DNA from: Chara braunii
Taxonomy: Eukaryota > Plantae > Charophyceae
DNA: 64,000 nucleotides
NCBI GenBank assembly: GCA_003427395.1
Contig: BFEA01000039.1
Span: 825,293-889,292 of the forward strand
Direction: 5' to 3'
In this document: piece by piece, positions 50,640 through 61,610 of the stretch
How the letters are laid out: each line of letters begins with the position of its first letter
How positions within the stretch are numbered: position 1 is the stretch's first letter
Made by a program: the position numbers and the translations under genes
The notes under the pieces: generated by a model
Told to the model about the DNA's origin: nothing
What the model saw: only the letters and a program-made list of their open reading frames with translations
Database searches by the model: none

Positions 50640-51240
50640 CCGACTCGAACCTGACTCCAGGCGATCGTGAGTCCAGGCGATCGTGATTCCAGGCGATCGT
50701 GTTCGAGTCAATCGTGAGTCCAGGCGATCGTGTTCGACTCGATCGTGAGTCCAGGCGATCGTGTTCGACTCGATCGTGAGTCCTGGCGATCGTGTTCGAC
50801 TCGATCGCGAGTCCAGGCGATCGTGTTTGACTCGAACGTGAGTCCAGACGATCATGAGTCCAGACGATCGTGTTCGATCCGATCGTGAGTTCAGGCGATC
50901 GTGTTTGACTCCATCGTGTTCGACTCGATCGTGTTCCACTCGATCGTGTTCGAGTCGATCGTGAGTCCTGGCGATCGTGTTCGACTCGATCGGGAGTCCA
51001 GGCGATCGTGTTCGACTCGAACGTGAGTCCAGGCGAACGTGAGTCCAGGCAATCGTGTTCGATCCGATCGTGAGTCCAGGCGATCGTGTTCGACACCATC
51101 GTGTTCGACTCGATCGTGTTGGACTCGATCGTGTTGGACTCGATCGAGGTCGACTCGATGGAGCTGGAGTCGGTGGAGGTCGACTCGATCGAGTTCGACT
51201 CGAACGTGGCGGGCCAGCGCGACAGTTCGACTCGATCGGG
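50640..51240. repeat. Array 1: 15/16-bp subunits (gttcgactcgatcgt, gagtccaggcgatcgt) forming 31-bp units
   Basis: Directly visible; dense in CGATCG and TCGA. Confidence 0.95.
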
Positions 51241-51785
51241 CTGACAAACAGAACACGGGAAAGGGACGGCGAATCCAACAGCAGGCAAACAGAACACGGG
51301 AGCGGCGTACCTAAAAGTCACATCAAGCAAGGCAGACGAATCGAAAGCCGGCATCGACAATTTCATATCAAACCCATTGCTTCCATAATACACACAGTCT
51401 CATTTCACACTCTTGCTGAATAGCCCACATTTCTCACACTGTTCATCTTTCGTTGAATAGGGAGCGGCGTCACCAACAAGGCACACCAATCAAGGCACAT
51501 CAATTGAAAGCCTACATCCAATATCAATTCGAGGCATTCAATTGGCAAGGCGGGCAACCTGCACCTGCAACGAGCGACTAACTGTACGCTCCACCGATTA
51601 CTAACCACAAACACACACACATAAGGAGAGAGAAAGAGAGAGAGAGGTTTAACCGGCATCGACAAGCTCACATCAAACTCAATGCTCACACGCATACATA
51701 GTCTCAGTTTTCACTTTTGCTGAACAATTGAATAGCTGACATACCCTACACTGTTCTTCTTCCATGACCTCCCCCACGACCTCGC

Positions 51786-52658
51786 CTATCCTTTCGCCCT
51801 AAAACCGTACACTGCGTTCAGGGATGAACCGTACGTTAGGAGCTGTGGACTACACAGGGTTGCAGTGGCGGAGAAGCAAGACACGTATCGCGCACGGACG
51901 AAACCACATGATCTGGCCAATGTGTGACCGATGGCGTCTCTAATGACCGTCACGTACTCCTTGACCTCCTCCCAATACCGGGGTGTGTCAACCTGCCCCG
52001 CTAGTTTCACGTCAAACTTACTGTTCCTCCAACCATGCGGTAACATAATCGAGTCCCCGTCAACGATGAGCTCATTCCTGGACACGTAAATACTTGCTTC
52101 GGCTGAAGTCTTACTTCTATTTCTTACCGAAACACAAAGAACCCTAGAGAAATAGAAACGACAGAGATCAACATGTACACAGAAGTACGACACACTCCCC
52201 ATCAAGTTGTCCTCGAAAGGAAGGGGATATTTCTCTAGAAACTGGTTCTGTTTCACGCAGTCCAACAACTCCATCTTCATCGATGGTCCCCACAAGCGTG
52301 GCGAACACGACACGTTATGCGCAGTCAACGATAAAGACAGGTCTCGGGTACGAAATACCGCAGACAACACCGGCGTGTGTTTCGTCACGAGGATGTGGTC
52401 GAGGAAGATGAATGTCCCCCATTCCTGGCTGGATGCTAATCGATAATCAGACGTCCAAGGGCAGTCTTTGATTGTGTTCTCCCAGTCTAATTCGGGCCAT
52501 GCATCGAAGAGCCTTTCAAGCCAGGGCATAACACTCATCAAGGGGTCCGTGTCGAAGTCTTCTCTACGGGCCCCAAGTACAGCTGTCTCCCGCCTTGAAC
52601 CTCGTATGTACCTCGCGCTAGCATTCAAAAGGAACGAGTAATCGAAGCGGTGAGCCAT
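51786..52658 (-). CDS. ORF-X: intact 290-aa protein of unknown function
   Basis: ATG at 52658 (MAHRFDY...) just after a tttgtag acceptor, no disruptions, full-length homolog at 15872-16730. Confidence 0.8.
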   Translation of the reverse strand: MAHRFDYSFLLNASARYIRGSRRETAVLGARREDFDTDPLMSVMPWLERLFDAWPELDWENTIKDCPWTSDYRLASSQEWGTFIFLDHILVTKHTPVLSAVFRTRDLSLSLTAHNVSCSPRLWGPSMKMELLDCVKQNQFLEKYPLPFEDNLMGSVSYFCVHVDLCRFYFSRVLCVSVRNRSKTSAEASIYVSRNELIVDGDSIMLPHGWRNSKFDVKLAGQVDTPRYWEEVKEYVTVIRDAIGHTLARSCGFVRARYVSCFSATATLCSPQLLTYGSSLNAVYGFRAKG

Positions 52659-52899
52659 CGTAAATGTCCTACAAACACAAACGGTTGACGACCACAACAG
52701 GGAGCCATTGCTAAGGTCGAACTCGTTCACACACCGAGGAGCCATCGCAGTTACACACAACAACCAGGCATTGCGAATTTCCAAAACAGAAGGAGAAAAC
52801 GCACAGAACGACAAATTCCATCCGCCGCTATCCATCGTCACGTTCGTCGCGACAAGGTCGATGACGGACAATCGACAAAGCTCAGACGGATGGCCAGAG

Positions 52900-53950
52900 G
52901 CCTTGGCGCTTGCCGAAGGTCGAGTTCGTAGAGCTCGTCTCGACAAGGGCCGGCTGGCCACTGTCAAGTCGAAGTCGATAGCCGGCCAGCTCCAACGCCT
53001 TTGACCATTGTCGAGTCGGACACGACAATGGCCAGCCCACCGTCGTCGAGCTGAACTCGACGATGGGACTGTAGGGCGTCGTCGAGTCGAAGTCGACAGT
53101 GGCCAGCAGGGGGCCATCGAGTCCAAAACGAGGGCGGCAAGCGCCAAAGCCACGGGCCATTGTCGAGTCCGACTCGATAATGGGGCGTCGTCGAGTCGAA
53201 GTCGACAGTGGCCAGTACGGCGTCGTCGAGTCGAACACGACGGTTGGCACGCGCCAAAGCCTCCGGCCACTGTCGAGTCCGACACGACGATGACCCCAGG
53301 CTGTCGACGATTTCGTCGCGCCATTATCAAGACCGACCCGACGATGAACCGAGGCCGTCGAGTTGGACTCGACATTGTCGAGACCGACCCGACGATGGCC
53401 CGGGGTCATCGTCGAGTCGGACTCGACATTGTCCGGGCTCATCGTCGAGTCGGACTCGATAATGGCCTGTGGTCTTCGTCGAGTCGAACTCGACAATGGC
53501 CCGGGGTCATCGTCGAGTCGGACTCGACATTGGCCTGTCGTCATCGTCGAGTCGAACTCGACAACGGCCTGTGGTCATCATCGAGTCGAACTCGACAACG
53601 GCCCAAGGTCATCGTCGAGTCGGACTCGACAGTGGCCGGAGGCTTTGGTTCTTGTCGGTGGTCGTGTTTGACTTGACGACGCCTTACTGGCCACTGTCGA
53701 CCTCGACTCGACGACGCCCTACTTGCCGGCTGTCGAGTTCGACTCGATGGCGGCGGGTTGGCCATTGTCGAGTCCGACTCGACGATGACCACAGGCCATT
53801 GTCGAGTTCGATTCGACAATGACCGCAGGCCATTGTCGAGTTCGACTCGACGATGACCACAGGCCAATGCCGAGTTCGACTCGACGATGACCTCGGGCCA
53901 TTGTCGAGTTCGACTCGACAATGCCCCCGTCGAGTTCGACTCGACGGCGG
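52900..53950. repeat. Array 2: ~34-bp units with 17-bp palindromic core GTCGAGTCGGACTCGAC, arranged in inverted blocks
   Basis: Period 34 at 53471/53505/53539. Arms 53183-53296 and 53607-53719 are reverse complements. Confidence 0.95.
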
Positions 53951-54229
53951 CCTCTACATGGGTGGAGATGCCACGTGGCAGCACGTGGTTGATTTACGGT
54001 GGTTTACCGTTCTCCCAGGCCTCCGCTGCTGCCTTCGATGTGGATGCTCTGAACTTCACTCCGATGCTGCGCGAACCTCCGATGTGCGAGCGAGATCTTC
54101 GTTGCGTGCTGCGCGAGCCTCCGATGTGCGAGTCAACGCTCCGCCGGCTTCGGACGCTTTGCGAACCTCCGCGACGCTCCTTTGCTCTCGACGAACTTGC
54201 AGAAATGGGAAATGGTGGGCCGACACCAC

Positions 54230-54237
54230 TATTTATA
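54230..54237 (-). promoter_or_regulatory. Candidate TATA box (TATAAATA) for the minus-strand transcript
   Basis: Canonical TATA isolated in a GC-rich segment upstream of array 2 and ORF-X. Confidence 0.4.
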
Positions 54238-54793
54238 CTTTCTGTGGAAGGCCTGAGAGGGAATGCGGCCTGCGGGGTGTGGGTTTGGGACCCGGTGCCT
54301 CGGGGGGATCAGTGTCGTGGGACCGACGTTTCGAATCCCGGGAAAGTCTGGGCCGTCAATCCGTCGGCTGAGGGCCAGGATCGGGTGCGGGGAAAACGAG
54401 TGCCGCGGTGAGAATCGGGCCCAGCGGGCGACGATTCGAATCCTGGGAAAGTCTGGATCGTCGATCCGTCGGCTAAGGGCCATAATCGGGTGAGGGGAGA
54501 ACTGGTGCCGCAGTGGGCGTCGATGCCAAGGGGGGCGACGATTCGGCTGCCGGTGCCGTCCGCGACTGTTAAAATGGGCTCCGTAGAAGGATCCAAGGGT
54601 CCTTTCCCTTGCGTCGCTCCCCCAAAAAAAAGGCCGGTGCAATGTCACCTTCGCGTCGACCCCAAAGACAGCTGCGTTGCTCCGCCACGACAGCTGCATT
54701 GCTGCTCAGATTCGTGCCTTCTTTGACCCAGGTGAGTTCAGAATCCTCGCCGCCCCCGCTCCCCTGCCAACCCGTCTCCCCACCACCGCCTCC

Positions 54794-54825
<32 letters not shown>

Positions 54826-55119
54826 NNNNNNNNNNNNNNNNNNNNNNNNNNNNNNNNNNNNNNNNNNNNNNNNNNNNNNNNNNNNNNNNNNNNNNNNNNN
54901 NNNNNNNNNNNNNNNNNNNNNNNNNNNNNNNNNNNNNNNNNNNNNNNNNNNNNNNNNNNNNNNNNNNNNNNNNNNNNNNNNNNNNNNNNNNNNNNNNNNN
55001 NNNNNNNNNNNNNNNNNNNNNNNNNNNNNNNCCAACCCCCCAATCCCGCCCATCCACTACTACTATTCGTTATTCGTGGTTTTTCAGGACGTCAACAAAA
55101 TCTCTCTCGCAGTTCACAG

Positions 55120-56050
55120 AGTCGTCCATCATCGAGTCCAGTACGACGACCGCCGTGTTCGACACGATGACGGGTTGAGCGAGGGCGTGTACGCCACGTG
55201 TTGAACATGACCCCACCGTCGTGTTCAATCCGATGATGGTCGTTGTCACCGAGTCGAACACGACCGCTGTGGCACCCCCGACCTCACCGTCATGTTCAAC
55301 CCGATGACGGTCGCTGTCATCGTATCGAGCATGACCGCAGTGGCAGCCCACAACCCCACGGTCGTGTTCGACTCGGTGACAGCGACCATCATCGGATTGA
55401 ACACGACGGTGGGGTCATGTTTAGCACGTGGTGTGCACGCTCGCGCTCAACCTGTCATCGGGTCGAACACGACGAAGACCTTATAGCAACAATTCATGTA
55501 AAACACGTTTTGAACACGACCCCACCGTCGTGTTGAAACCGATGACGGTCGCTGTCATCGTGTCGAACACGACCGTGGTGGCACCACCCGACCCCGCCGT
55601 CGTGTTGAAGCTATGACGACCGCTGTCCTCGTGTCGAACACGACCGCAGGTCGTGTTCAAGACGATGACGGTCGAGCGTGGGCATGTACACCACGTGTTG
55701 AACACGACCCCGTCGTTGTGTTTAACACGATGACGGTCGCTGTCATCGTGTCGAACACGACCAAGGTGGCACCCCCGACCCCGCCGTTGTATTCAATGTG
55801 ATGACGGTTGCTCTCGTAGTGTTGAAATCGACCATGTTGAATCGCCGCCGTGCCGGTGGTAATGTTCAACAGGCAATGGTCGATCGCGGACATGTTCGCC
55901 ACAAAAGCATCGTCACGTTCAACAAGCAAGCGGTTGCTCATCGTAATCTTCAACACGACGGCGGTGGACGGCGGTGGCTGTCATACAAACACGGGCATCG
56001 ATCGTGACATGACAACAGTTGAGCGCTGGCATGTTGAACATGACCGCGCT
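55120..56050. repeat. Array 3: degenerate repeats with TCGTGTCGAACACGA cores and inverted arms
   Basis: 55148-55270 and 55358-55475 are reverse complements; cgatgacggtcgctgtcatcg recurs. Confidence 0.9.
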
Positions 56051-56380
56051 ATCGTGAGAATACGATGACGGTGGCTCTCGCCGTGTGCGCTTGTCGTGTT
56101 GTGCAATGCGATGATGCGTCGTTGTATTCGACACGAGCGAGGCGGGAGATCATCGCGTTCAACACGACAACCAGTCGCCGTGTCTCTTGTGTATCGCTTT
56201 TATTGAAGACTGTATTTTTTTCCGCATTCACGGGCCTTACATCTGTTGTGTGTGGCTAGCAGAGGTCGCGCTAAACCACATGTGTTGCACTCTACATATA
56301 CCGCATGTGATCCATCTAGCTGCGGATTTGTTACTGATATGCATGTCTTGTGCCAGTGGTCCACTGTTTTGTCATCGCAG

Positions 56381-59290
56381 AAACGTTTTAAATGGCTTGT
56401 GGTGGGCATGCACTGCGGCAAGCTGCCAGTGGAAAGCATGGACTGTGTGGCATCTAATATACTGCCTAATGATGAGTTTCCTCCGCCAGACCTGCCAATG
56501 TTTTCGCAAGACGTTCAAATAACTCCAGAATCTCCTGATCATAAAAGGTCCTGGATGGCTGCGTGTGAAGAAACCACATGCGAAACTGCATCTCCAGCCT
56601 TGAGCGGACCAGTGAAAACCTCTGGTGCAGAAGGTTCGGAAGGTCAGGGTAGGGCCGCCTCCGATAACAGGAACACATCCGATGTAGATCGTATCATATG
56701 GGTGCCGAGAAGTTTGCTACGAGATTTCGAGTGCACAGGCCTTCTGATTGGCGAGAGTGATGAAGATGGTTCGGAATCTGGTGCTTCGATGTCATCTGAC
56801 GCCAACAGTTCTCCAGACAAAATTGATCATCCACAACCTTGCGATGATGATGGCACTGACCACTACTGTCGCAACGGTATGGAGAGTTCTGATGTCATCT
56901 CTGATTTAAATGACATTTTCCCAAAACGATTGTCGTCGGAGAAGCGTCCTTATACTTTTCGTGTCAGAATGGCTCAGTCAAAGAAGATTCTGCAAACAGT
57001 TCACCAAAAAAACATTGGCGAGTGTGCGTGGACAAGTTTGTTGTAAACAAGATTGTTGCGCTCGCATGATCATAGAAGACATCAAAGCTGTCTGAAGTGC
57101 ATATTACTGTAAGGATCATAAAAGTAGAGATGCATGGTGGGTTGAAATGTTAAAGAGGTTCACCTTCGTGGAAGATGAGAAAGAGATTGTGCAACCTATT
57201 GTGGAAAAACGAAAGGTGTGTATTAGTGCATGGTGTTTCACACTGGGTGTGTGCAGGAATACATTTTTGAAAAAGAGGGCGACTTTGTCAAAAGGTTACA
57301 TTATGCCGGAGCATGGCAGCACTGGACTCAGACGCACATCTTCAACATATGCGACGATGTTCGACAAACTAAGCTCCTTTGTGTGTGACAATGGAGATTC
57401 CATGCCCAATGACATGAGGATCAAAGATCGAGAATCACGAATGGTTTTGAGTTGCCCGCTTGCTATAACAAGGTTGATATTTACAAGTCGTTGAGGTCAC
57501 AATTTGACAACCTGGGTGTCCCTTCTGTTTCTCTCCAAGTTTTCTATAACATGTGGAGAACACACTTCTGGCATGTGAAATTCCATGAAGTTGATCAAAA
57601 CTTTGCGAAATGCGAAAAGTGTGTTGAGTTCAAAGAATCTATCAATTTTGCGAAGTTCATACGTGTGCGTGATTATTTCGTTTCGGAACGCGACAAACAC
57701 TTGGACTTGCAGCTCCAACACCGTGCTGCTTATGAGGTGTGGAAGGATGAGTCAAAGAGACCAGGTTCCAACAGTTTATGCATCATTATTGACGGTATGG
57801 GCCAAAGCAAAACGAGTATTCCACACTTTGGCGGAGAAAACAAGTCGAAGGCATTCGCGAATATTCCAATGATGAAAACAAATTTAACAGCTATTATCAC
57901 ACACGGTCGTTCACCATCGGTGCATGTTCACACATGGTACCCTTGCTATCCACATAATTCCAATGTTGTGGTGTCATCCATTATGAAAGTCTTGCGTGAC
58001 ATACAGGCGACAAGCGACTTACCTCCTAAATTAAGGATACAAGCCGACAACTGTTGGAGAAAAAACAAAAACAAATACGTTTTGTCTCTGGCTGCAGCTT
58101 TGGTCAAATTTGGTTTCTTCAAAAAAACCGAATTCGGTTTTATGTTGGTAGGGCATACATATATGGACGTTGATGCCATTTTCAGTCATTTCTCTCGCAA
58201 ACTGAAAATGCACGATGCTTATACCATGCTCGACCTATTCAAACTCGTTGCCAGTTCCCAAAAAGAGCGTCCTTTGTGCACATTCATGGATGAAATTGCT
58301 GACTGGTGGGGAACTGTTAAACCCTTCCTGGTCAACAAACTGACCGGTCATACAAAGCCACATTTATTTAGGTTTTATATGGAGGATGACAATCCTCTGT
58401 TCCAGTGGAAAGAGTATTGTACTTCTCCGAACTGGTCTTCTCTAGTCTATTGCGTTAAACGAGATGAAAATAAAGCATATTCTGGACCCGAATGGCCATT
58501 TGAATATTCACCTGTTCTCCCGTCACCTATTCGACCTATTACAGAAACATCATGTGGTCAACCCGCTAAGGATAAGAATTCGGATTTCAAATCAGGAATT
58601 GAAGGCGTGAAGACGTCTGTTGAGTGGTTGGAAAACAAGTTGCACGAGTAGTTGGGAATGAAGGATGAGGTTAGCTTCTCAAAGGAGAGTGCTCTTTCAC
58701 ACTGGAAAACTTTCCTGGACACAATCGAGCAAAATTATGGGTCTGGCTTTGCAAAAACATCACTCAAGGCTGACTTTTGGCCCTCACGTGACAGAATTAC
58801 GAAGGACGATGCTGAGGATATTGATATTGTCTTCCTCTTGCAGAGCAATGAGAATAAGGAGTCGTTGTTTGTAGGGCCGGTCAATGAGCGTCCAAAAGCA
58901 GAGCTCGACCCGGTTGTGGATGTCGAAAAAGGTCAATTCGTTCTCTTGCGTTCTTCGCAAGATAATATCGATCAGGGAGTTCCCGTGTGGATGGGTAGAG
59001 TCATTTTTAATTTTGACAACGATAGGAAGTCGTCTGCTTTCAATCATGTTCTTATTGAATATTGAGTGCCACAACCTGTCGTCAAAAGTCTTTCTCTGCA
59101 ATATGCAAATGCATGGAAGAAGATATGGAAGAAAGACAACATAACAACACAGCAGTGGTAGCACGTGAACTGTGTTTTGTGGAGCTGGTCATCAAGGACG
59201 TTGCATTTGAAAAATTGAGTGCACATTCCCAAATCGGTCAGAGAGAAAACCTTGGTATGTCTTTCACTTCCAAATGATGAAGACCAATAG
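56381..59290 (+). pseudogene. Sola-like DDD transposase (DGMDQ/DNC/GHTxxDVD family), disrupted
   Basis: CCKQDCC, KVCISAWC, FAKCEKC..H..LQ..HR, IIIDGMGQ, RIQADNCWRKNKN, FMLVGHTYMDVDAIFS, PHLFRF. Two frameshifts and several stops. Confidence 0.8.
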
Positions 59291-60255
59291 AATAAGTCGC
59301 TGAGAATGCCTCATTTCGTGCGTGTTGGTGTATCATTTACTTGTCATAGAGCTTTCATTCATACATAGTTAAACTATATATCATTGGCTTGCCTTTTACT
59401 TCCCTATGACGAAAATTAGTAAACTTTAAGTACGTTGTTGAGAAGAGGTAATCATATTTCATTCGAGTGTATTGCTGTATCAATCAGTTGTCATTGAGCT
59501 TCTGTATTTCATGTGTTGCAAAATGGTTCATTCAACAACCGAATGACCGCCAAACAATATGGTGTGGGGCAGAAATGTATAACATGATATGTGGTCTATC
59601 TTTTTCACACCTGAAGTGGTTTTCGAGGGTACAGTACTCAGTGACAGCGGTGTGGATGTCACACCGGATTGCTGGGAGCATTATCCTCGACAATGTTTGC
59701 ATATTTTTGGTCGTAGGCGTTGTGGAACAAGAGAATATCCGTGAGAAGTGCTCGCACCGTATTCAGAATTGTACTATTCAGCAGTGAAGTTCTATCACAA
59801 CAACTTCAAGGTGATGACCTTGTACTGTGCAACGTCAAGTATCCAAGGGCGCTGCAAACTTTCTTTTCTTATTTATAACGATTATTCTACAAGTGCAAAC
59901 ATATCCAATGCACATGACATCGACGGACGAAGACGGGAAGCATTTGGAAGGAGGATCATGGACCAACCATCGCTCAAAGCACTCTTGGATGGGCTCGTGG
60001 ACACAACGATTACATATGTACGAAGTCTTTTGCTGCGAAAGTGTGAAGTCATAGAAACTTACGTAGAGTACAAGGACCCCACGTTCGATGGGCACAATGA
60101 GACGAACACTATAGAAGATTGGACAATTCACATGAGGAGAGCGTGAAATTTATCACGCAGATCGTGTTAATATGTCCATTATGTACTTAAATCTGGTTCA
60201 AGTAGCCTTAGAATATCGTTTTGAAGTGTTATCTAGTAGTGCGTAGAAGTCAATT

Positions 60256-60537
60256 TCAATTATAGTAAACTTTGACGAAGATTTTGACAATGTGTAATTT
60301 TAAGAGTTCATAGACGCACCATTGAACTGATGTAAGTGGCACTGCTTTGCTTCTAATATAATTGTCAATGAACTTTTGCATTAAATTTTCCTTCCACGGT
60401 CTCCATATGAAGGGTGTTCTTATAGTTTGAAGCAACTGAAGGTCTAAGACTTTGACTTTGGAGAGCTGCTCTTTGTTTGAATGTGTCAAGGGTTTTACAA
60501 ATTTCGCATATCTTTTTTTCTTCGCATATGATGTCAT
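60256..60537 (-). CDS. Small orphan ORF (93 aa)
   Basis: ATG start and open frame in AT-rich DNA; no family recognised. Confidence 0.25.
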   Translation of the reverse strand: MTSYAKKKRYAKFVKPLTHSNKEQLSKVKVLDLQLLQTIRTPFIWRPWKENLMQKFIDNYIRSKAVPLTSVQWCVYELLKLHIVKIFVKVYYN

Positions 60538-60953
60538 TTTTTTCGTTTATATTATAATCATTTCGACACTTCTCTGCTCCAGGTTTACATTGTGCCGGAA
60601 TATTAAAATTCTATTTTTTCTGTTCTACAATTTACCTTTTGTTCGGTTACTTCGTTAATTTCATTATGTTCGCTTTTTACAAAACAGTTCATTTTTAACG
60701 AAAACGCCGTTACTAAAGTAAATTGCAAAATGACGCGTTAATTGGTGGGCAAAAACGAGCAGAGGAAAAGAGGCCTCTGCATGGGCCTGTAATAACGGCC
60801 AACTATGTTGTTTTTGCTTTTTTTTATTTTTTACTTTTTTTTTTAGGGTTCCCCCGCGCCCCCCCCCTCCCTCCCCCCTCCCCCCTTGTTTTGAGTCCGT
60901 TCGTTTCAATGAACGGGTTGCATCTGCGAGGAAAGCAAAAGAAAAAACGGGGG

Positions 60954-60974
60954 AGGGGGGGGGGGGGGGGGGGG

Positions 60975-61043
<69 letters not shown>
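60954..61043. repeat. Compound (G)n(CA)n(GA)n microsatellite
   Basis: Directly visible. Confidence 0.95.
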
Positions 61044-61045
<2 letters not shown>

Positions 61046-61479
61046 CGTCAGGGAGAACCTGACGCTGAGTTAGCTGCGTAAGATGCTCCGGGGGGGGGGG
61101 GGGGGGGGAGAGGAAAAACAAGGAAAAGGAGGAAGGTCAATAGCCACGAATGCGTCCGTGATTATGACCCAGATACAAGCAGTTTGAGTCCGAGTGTGAC
61201 CACTCAAACTAGGTCTGTAAATTGAAAGGTCATAAGCCTCAGGGCAGAAATGACTAAGTACAGTTATTTTTGCGATGTATCTGCACTAGGAAAAATGTCA
61301 GGTACGTTAAACTTTGAAGAGTAGTAACTCTCTAAATAAAAGTTAGAAAAAGAAAAAAACAAGTATTTTGAAAATGGCAGGTCCTCAACTATATCGTGAA
61401 ATTCCAATACAAGTGAGTTAAAATAAGGAAAAATAAACAGAGGCAGTTGAAAGTAACTGCCTCCCTAAGTGTATGGCTG

Positions 61480-61610
61480 GAGTTCGGTCACACTGGGCCC
61501 TTGATCTTATCTCAGATCAAGGGATCAACATGAGCTGCGAATTTTGCCTGTGGGCAAGAGTGTTGGCCACCACCCTTGAGCAACTATAAAAGTCAGCATT
61601 CCATCCTATT
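61480..61610 (+). pseudogene. LTR-retrotransposon integrase remnant
   Basis: LISDQG...F and SAFHP motifs in broken frames. Confidence 0.4.

Larger units (their letters stand above)
42880..60712. mobile_element. Large (~18 kb) Sola-like DDD DNA transposon with cargo genes; boundaries tentative
   Basis: Transposase at 56.4-59.3 kb. One palindromic motif is shared by all three intergenic arrays, tying the genes together. A diverged inverted repeat lies at 42883-42990 / 60640-60712. Confidence 0.55.

Noticed and set aside
52900-53950. CRISPR-like palindromic repeat array
   Set aside because: Spacers are short and themselves repeated, orientation flips, no cas genes, eukaryotic context.
50545-53984. 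Long ORFs over arrays 1 and 2, including the first 239 aa of ORF 51786-53375
   Set aside because: Open in several frames on both strands because the repeats lack stops. Homology to the other ORF-X copy starts only near ATG 52658.
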